Source: Deltaproteobacteria bacterium (GTDB taxonomy: Bacteria > Desulfobacterota > DSM-4660 > Desulfatiglandales > HGW-15). Taken from it: a stretch of 64,000 nt of DNA. The stretch lies in contig JAFDAM010000001.1 in assembly GCA_019313825.1 (NCBI GenBank), forward strand, positions 13,121-77,120, written 5' to 3'. Below are positions 59,091-64,000 of the stretch, piece after piece; the stretch's first letter is position 1; each line of letters starts with the position of its first letter. The position numbers were made by a program, and so were the translations under genes. The notes under the pieces were generated by a model that saw nothing but the letters and a program-made list of their open reading frames with translations, did not search any database and was not told the DNA's origin.

Positions 59091-61304
59091 ATGTCAAAGT
59101 TAGTAGCATTTGCTGCCATTCAGGGCGGCTACAAGGTTGTTTCAACGGTCGAGGGTGAATTGCGAAACGCCCTCGATAGTTATGATGCAAGCACAAAGAT
59201 AGGGTTTCCGAATACAGCCTATTACCTTCCGGTTATCTATTCACTGACCGGCATGAAGTGTGAGACCCTTGAAGACCTTCAGAAACCCATGGAATTTGCC
59301 CACGGACTTCTTCCGCCGCATATAAAGAGCAAGAACCACCTGCCCTATCTCGGGCCGCTTCTGGACGCGGGCATGGCAGCCATCTTTGCCTATGAGGTAA
59401 AAGAGGCGTTGCGTATTCTAAGGGAGCCGGACTTCTATATCGCAGAGGAAGACCCGGACCTTGATGCGGGAAAGATGTGGGTAGGCCCGGCTGATGACAC
59501 GATCCTCAGAAAGAGGGGTGTTGAGTTTGTTGACGGTTCCGCCCCGGGTTTTGCCGCAATCGTGGGCGCTGCGCCTGATCCGGAGATCGCCAAGATGATA
59601 GTTGAAGACTACCAGAAGAAGAGTCTCTATATCTTCTGTGCCGCGAACCACAATGGCAGGACCCTTATTGAGCAGTGTATCGAGGCAGGCATGCAGGTCG
59701 GCTGGAATACGAGGATCGTTCCCTTCGGACCGGACATCTCGTCCGCCGTATTTGCCCTCGGTTTTGCCAACAGGGCCGCGATGGCATTCGGCAATGTCCA
59801 GCCCGGTGACCATAGCAAGATGCTCATGTACAACAAGGACAGGATCTTTGCCTTTGTCAACGCCCTGGGTGATATCGGGACGGAATGGGCCTGCGCTGCC
59901 GCAGGATGCGTAAACTGGGGTTTCCCCACACTTGCGGACACGGATATCCCGGAGATCCTCCCCACCGGTATCTGTACATACGAGCACGTGGTGGCAAACG
60001 TGCCCCATGACGAGATGTGCCAGAGGTCGGTTGAGGTCAGGGGCCTGAAGGTCACCATAGCCGAAATCGATATCCCATGCTCCTTTGGTCCTGCCTTTGA
60101 GGGAGAACGCGTAAGGGGCGCTGACCTGTATGCCCAGTGCGGGGGCGGCAAGAGCCAGTGTACGGAGCTCGCCAAGATGGCCGACATGAAGGAGATAGAG
60201 GACGGAAAGGTCGAGGTTGTCGGACCGGAACTGAATGAAGTCGAAGAAGGAGGCATCTTTCCGCTGGGCATCTATGTCCAGTGTGCGGGCCGTGAATTCC
60301 AGACCGATTTTGAGCCGATCCTGGAACGCCAGATCCATCACCTGGTCAACTATATCCAGGGCATCATGCACATAGGACAGAGGGATATCGCATGGATCCG
60401 AGTGAGCAAGGCGGCCGTTGACAAGGGCTTTTCCATAAAGGATATCGGCACCGTGATTCACGCCAAGTTCCATCAGGATTTCAAAAAGATCATAGACAAG
60501 GTCCAGGTAACCCTCTACACCAAGAAGGATGACGTAGACGCGCTGACAAAGAGGGCCAGGGCCGAATACAAGACAAGGGATGAGCGCGTGGAGAACATGA
60601 GGGACGAGGATGTGGAGACCTACTACTCATGCACCCTCTGCCAGTCATTTGCCCCATCCCACGTCTGTTCCGTAAGCCCTGAAAGGACGGGGCTCTGCGG
60701 TGCGTATAACTGGATGGACTGTAAGGCATCATATGAGATCAATCCCACGGGACCCAACCAGCCCATTGAGAAGGGAGAGTGCCTTGACCCGGTGCTGGGC
60801 CAGTGGAAGGGTGTCAACGAGTTTATTGAAAAGGCGTCCAGGGGCACCGTCACCCATTACAACTTCTACTCCATGCTGCTCGATCCCATGACCACGTGCG
60901 GCTGCTGTGAGTGTATCGCGGCAGTGCTGCCGTCATGTAACGGCGTGATGACCGTGCACAGGGATTATCGTGGCGAAACCCCCTGCGGCATGAAGTTCAC
61001 GACCCTGGCAGGTGTCATGGGCGGCGGCGCTGCTTCGCCGGGCTTTGTGGGTCACTCCAAGTTCAATATTACCCAGGGCAAGTTTATCCTGGGGGACGGC
61101 GGACTCCTGAGAATGGTATGGATGCCCAAGTCCTTGAAGGAGGAGATCAAGGAGAGGATCGATAAACGCGGCGCGGAGATGGGTTGTCCTGATCTGTATG
61201 ACAGGATCGCCGATGAGACGGTTGGAATCACAGAGGACGAGATTCTTCCTTTCCTCCGGGAGAAGGAGCATCCGGCCGTGAAGATGGATTCCATTGTGGG
61301 TTAA
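59091..61304 (+). CDS. acsB: CO-methylating acetyl-CoA synthase (AcsB, bacterial alpha subunit)
   Basis: A-cluster motifs (SCTLCQSFAPSHVC...GLCG, CGCCEC) and the typical ~730-aa length. Confidence 0.92.
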   Translation: MSKLVAFAAIQGGYKVVSTVEGELRNALDSYDASTKIGFPNTAYYLPVIYSLTGMKCETLEDLQKPMEFAHGLLPPHIKSKNHLPYLGPLLDAGMAAIFAYEVKEALRILREPDFYIAEEDPDLDAGKMWVGPADDTILRKRGVEFVDGSAPGFAAIVGAAPDPEIAKMIVEDYQKKSLYIFCAANHNGRTLIEQCIEAGMQVGWNTRIVPFGPDISSAVFALGFANRAAMAFGNVQPGDHSKMLMYNKDRIFAFVNALGDIGTEWACAAAGCVNWGFPTLADTDIPEILPTGICTYEHVVANVPHDEMCQRSVEVRGLKVTIAEIDIPCSFGPAFEGERVRGADLYAQCGGGKSQCTELAKMADMKEIEDGKVEVVGPELNEVEEGGIFPLGIYVQCAGREFQTDFEPILERQIHHLVNYIQGIMHIGQRDIAWIRVSKAAVDKGFSIKDIGTVIHAKFHQDFKKIIDKVQVTLYTKKDDVDALTKRARAEYKTRDERVENMRDEDVETYYSCTLCQSFAPSHVCSVSPERTGLCGAYNWMDCKASYEINPTGPNQPIEKGECLDPVLGQWKGVNEFIEKASRGTVTHYNFYSMLLDPMTTCGCCECIAAVLPSCNGVMTVHRDYRGETPCGMKFTTLAGVMGGGAASPGFVGHSKFNITQGKFILGDGGLLRMVWMPKSLKEEIKERIDKRGAEMGCPDLYDRIADETVGITEDEILPFLREKEHPAVKMDSIVG

Positions 61305-61482
61305 TAAAATTGCTATGCAATTTTATAGAACGCACCGCCTGCGGCGGAGCACAGAGCGGCGAAGCCGTATTATAGAAAAATATGTTATACAATTTTATAC
61401 AACGCTCCGCCTGCGGCGGAGCTTAGAGCGGCGAAGCCGCATTATATAAAATCGTGAAACGATTTTATTAGAGGAGATAATT
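61305..61482. repeat. Alternating AT-hairpin / GC double-hairpin modules in the acsB-acsC spacer (two tandem GC units)
   Basis: AAAATTGCtatGCAATTTT; [CGCACCGCCtgcGGCGGAGC..GCGGCgaaGCCG]; ..; [CGCTCCGCCtgcGGCGGAGCTTAGAGCGGCgaaGCCGC]; AAAATCGtgaaaCGATTTT. The GC unit is the reverse complement of the one at 56848-56894. Confidence 0.85.
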
Positions 61483-62826
61483 ATGGGATTAACCGGAATT
61501 CAGATCTTTAAATTGTTGCCCAAGACAAACTGTGCGGAGTGCGGTGTTCCAACATGTCTGGCCTTTGCAATGAACCTGGCATCAGGAAAGGCGGAGCTGG
61601 ACGATTGCCCCTATGTGTCTGATGAGGCAAAAGAGCAACTGGCAGAGGCCTCGGCGCCCCCGATCAGGCCGGTCGCGATCGGCGCAGGAGACAGGGCCTT
61701 CAAGTCCGGCGGTGAGACGGTTTTGTTCAGGCATGAGAAAACCTTTTATAACCCCACTGGTCTTGCCGCCATGATAAGCTCTGACATGGACCTGGGGGAC
61801 CTGGATAAGAAGCTGAAGGAATGGAATGCCCTTCAGTACGAGAGAGTCGGTCTGAACCTGAGGCCCGAGCTCGTTGCCCTGAAGGACGCAGGTGACGCCG
61901 CTGCATTTGCAGCTGCCGCTAAAAAGATCGCCGAAGAGAGCGAGTTCGGCCTCGTCCTGATGAGTGAGAACGCGGACGCCATAAAGGCCGCGGTCGAGGC
62001 GAGCGCCTTCAAGAAGCCGATCATCTATGTTGCGACAGCAGACAATGCGGATGATATGGGTGCTATTGCCAAGGACAGCAATGTGCCCCTTGCGATAAAG
62101 GCTGACAATGTGGAGGGCCTGATCGCCTTGAGCGACAAGCTGACAGGCATGGGCCTTAAGGACCTGATCCTTGATTCAGGATCAAGGGAGATGAAGCAGC
62201 TATTTGAGGACCAGGTTGCCATCAGAAGGGCGGCCCTCAGGGGCGGGAACAAGTCTCTTGGTTTTCCAACCATCACCTTCCCGTGCGAGATGGCCTCGAA
62301 CCTTGATATGGAGACCATCATAGCCTCCATGCTGATCGCCAAGTATGCGGGCATAGTGGTGCTCTCGGATTTCAAGGGCGAGAACGTATTCCCGCTGCTC
62401 CTGGAGAGGTTGAACATATTTACCGATCCGCAGAGACCAATGACCGTTACCCAGGGTATCTACGAGATCGGCAGCCCGGATGAGAACTCACCGGTGCTGG
62501 TCACCACCAATTTCTCCCTGACCTACTTTATTGTCAGCGGTGAGATCGAGGCGAGCAGGGTCCCGAGCTGGCTACTCATCCTGGATACAGAGGGGCTTTC
62601 GGTCATGACCGCGTGGGCCGCGGGCAAGTTCTCAGGCGATGTTGTGGGCATGTTCGTCAAGAAGTGCGGTATTGCGGACAAGGTAGCCCACAAGAAGATC
62701 ATCATCCCAGGCTATGCCGCAGCCATAGCCGGCGAAATGGAAGAGGAGCTTCCTGACTGGGATATCATGATCGGGCCCAGGGATGCGGCGCTGATAACAA
62801 AGTTTCTTAAAGATAACTGGAAATAA
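61483..62826 (+). CDS. acsC: Corrinoid iron-sulfur protein large subunit (AcsC/CdhE type)
   Basis: N-terminal [4Fe-4S] motif KTNCAECGVPTCLAFA...CPY, a TIM-barrel middle and a C-terminal B12-binding-like domain. Confidence 0.9.
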   Translation: MGLTGIQIFKLLPKTNCAECGVPTCLAFAMNLASGKAELDDCPYVSDEAKEQLAEASAPPIRPVAIGAGDRAFKSGGETVLFRHEKTFYNPTGLAAMISSDMDLGDLDKKLKEWNALQYERVGLNLRPELVALKDAGDAAAFAAAAKKIAEESEFGLVLMSENADAIKAAVEASAFKKPIIYVATADNADDMGAIAKDSNVPLAIKADNVEGLIALSDKLTGMGLKDLILDSGSREMKQLFEDQVAIRRAALRGGNKSLGFPTITFPCEMASNLDMETIIASMLIAKYAGIVVLSDFKGENVFPLLLERLNIFTDPQRPMTVTQGIYEIGSPDENSPVLVTTNFSLTYFIVSGEIEASRVPSWLLILDTEGLSVMTAWAAGKFSGDVVGMFVKKCGIADKVAHKKIIIPGYAAAIAGEMEEELPDWDIMIGPRDAALITKFLKDNWK

Positions 62827-62927
62827 GTATAAAAGATGGTTAATTGTTATCTGTTATTGGTTAATTGTACGCGATGACCCATTACAGTTCGAAGCCGGTG
62901 TTGTTAAATAGCTGATAACTGATAACT

Positions 62928-63067
62928 AGTGTTCATCCAAAAACAGGTGTTTTTGGATTCATGCTATCAGTCCCGCTACAGCGGGACATTCAGCCGTCAG
63001 CAAAAGGCATTTCATTACAAGGGATTTGGCTGATCGCTGACCGCTGAGATCTGAACGCTCCATCCAG
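62928..63067. repeat. Inverted-repeat element, right copy (pairs with 46403-46533), carrying an extra CCCGCTACAGCGGG mini-hairpin
   Basis: Collinear with the reverse complement of the left copy. A 17-nt insertion TCCCGCTACAGCGGGAC lies at about 62970-62986. Flanked by heptamer arrays at 62838-62870, 62909-62927 and 63093-63118. Confidence 0.85.
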
Positions 63068-63127
63068 ATTTTCTTATTTCTGGATGGCAACCAACTAATA
63101 ACCGATAACTATAACAGAGGAGAAAGC

Positions 63128-64000
63128 CAATGTTACTGATCGGAGAAAACCTGAATGTCATTAGCAGGGTTATTGGCAAGGCATTTAAGGAGATGGATCC
63201 CGGCCCCATAGCCCAGGAGGCCAAGCTCCAGCAGGAAAAGGGCATGGACTGGATCGACATCAACCTGGGTCCCGCAAGAAAGGGCGGGCCTGAGTTGATG
63301 GAATTCGTAGTGAAGACGGTCCAGGAAGAGATCGGCGATTCCATACCTCTATGCCTTGATACTTCAAACATCGAGGCCATGGAAGCGGGCCTGGCCGTCC
63401 ACAAGGGAAAGGCCATAATCAACTCCATCATGTGCCGGCCTGAGCGCTATGAGAAGATGATACCCCTGGCGGTCAAGTACCAGGCATGCATGATCGCCCT
63501 TATGTGGGGGCCGGATGGTCTACCCAGGGACGAGAACGAAAGGGGCGCCCTGGCAGCCGAGCTTATCTATGCCGCCAATGAGGCAGGGGTCCCGAACGAG
63601 GATATATTTGTGGACGGTATCGTTACACCGGTGAATATCCAGCAGCCCCAGCTCTTGAGTCTTCTGGCTTTTCAGGAGATGTTGCAGGATATGTTCCCTG
63701 GAGTAAAATCCACCTGCGGGCTCTCCAATATCTCCAACGGGCCGCCGGAAGATCTCAGGTCTATACTGAATACGACCTATCTGGTGATGTTGGAGAGGAA
63801 AGGAATGTACTCCTGTATTGCCGATGCATATGATGATGCTCTGATAGCCGTGGCCGGGGGTGAGAGGTCGGATATTGTAGACCTTATTCATAAGGTCATG
63901 GACGAAGAGGGTCCTGACATTGGATCTCTCTCAAAAGAGCTTCAGGACTATGTCAAGACAGCCAAGGTGATCCTGGGCCATTCCCTGTATTCGGATTCCT
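63128..64000 (+). CDS. acsE: Methyltetrahydrofolate:corrinoid/iron-sulfur protein methyltransferase (AcsE), 3' end outside the window
   Basis: Absent from the ORF track because there is no stop in the window. Hand translation from the ATG after AGGAG gives MLLIGENLNVISRVIGKAF...DINLGP...LCLDTSN...INSI..., an open frame of 291 codons with a pterin-binding fold. Confidence 0.85.

Noticed and set aside
56825-61482. A possible CRISPR array, given the many short repeated hairpins in the acs spacers and elsewhere.
   Set aside because: There is no constant-length direct repeat alternating with unique spacers. The repeats appear in both orientations and are only 2-3 units long, and there are no cas genes in the window.

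Overview
This 64-kb chromosomal window appears to come from a strictly anaerobic Wood-Ljungdahl bacterium. Gene content and protein signatures look Deltaproteobacteria/Desulfobacterota-like, but the taxon cannot be proven from the sequence alone. The window covers the replication-origin neighbourhood. A dnaA-dnaN-gyrB-gyrA array on the minus strand (46.5-54.2 kb) diverges from a cooC-acsD-acsA-acsB-acsC-acsE CODH/ACS operon (54.3 kb to the window end; acsE runs off the window and is missing from the ORF track). A second full-length dnaA paralogue lies about 37 kb away (15.5-16.9 kb), next to an AT-rich region, ddl and a perfect parS-parA-parB module. The remaining genes are housekeeping or metabolic: a tungsten-type AOR fragment with a MoaD-like gene, GDP-mannose genes, a PilZ protein, an MCP, an S41 protease, gpsA, a CaCA antiporter, birA, an MscS channel, pgk with DUF3842 and CooT, a MoeA/MoeA-PBP/ModE-like/MobB cofactor cluster, a PurH-like gene, folE2, an MFS transporter, an aminotransferase and an RnfB-GltD fusion. 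tRNA-Pro(UGG) is followed by an integrase remnant and a decayed accessory stretch (32.2 to about 40.5 kb). The most notable observations are these. (1) A NifX/NifB-type gene is split by an in-frame TGA that is followed by a SECIS-like hairpin, making it a candidate selenoprotein. (2) There are two divergent DnaA paralogues, and the dnaA-dnaN pair forms a sharp low-GC block. (3) Inverted repeats of about 130 bp bracket the origin-containing 16.5-kb segment almost symmetrically. (4) 'Four-helix-bundle' (23S-IVS/Avd-like) cassettes are bounded by inverted arms made of degenerate heptamer arrays, in three states of decay. One truncated copy abuts an FGE-fold gene whose C-terminus looks like a DGR variable region, but no RT or TR is present. 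(5) Intergenic DNA is unusually dense in a mosaic of nested hairpin/MITE-like modules, including inside the acs operon. All similarity calls were made by eye and from memory of family motifs. No database search was possible.
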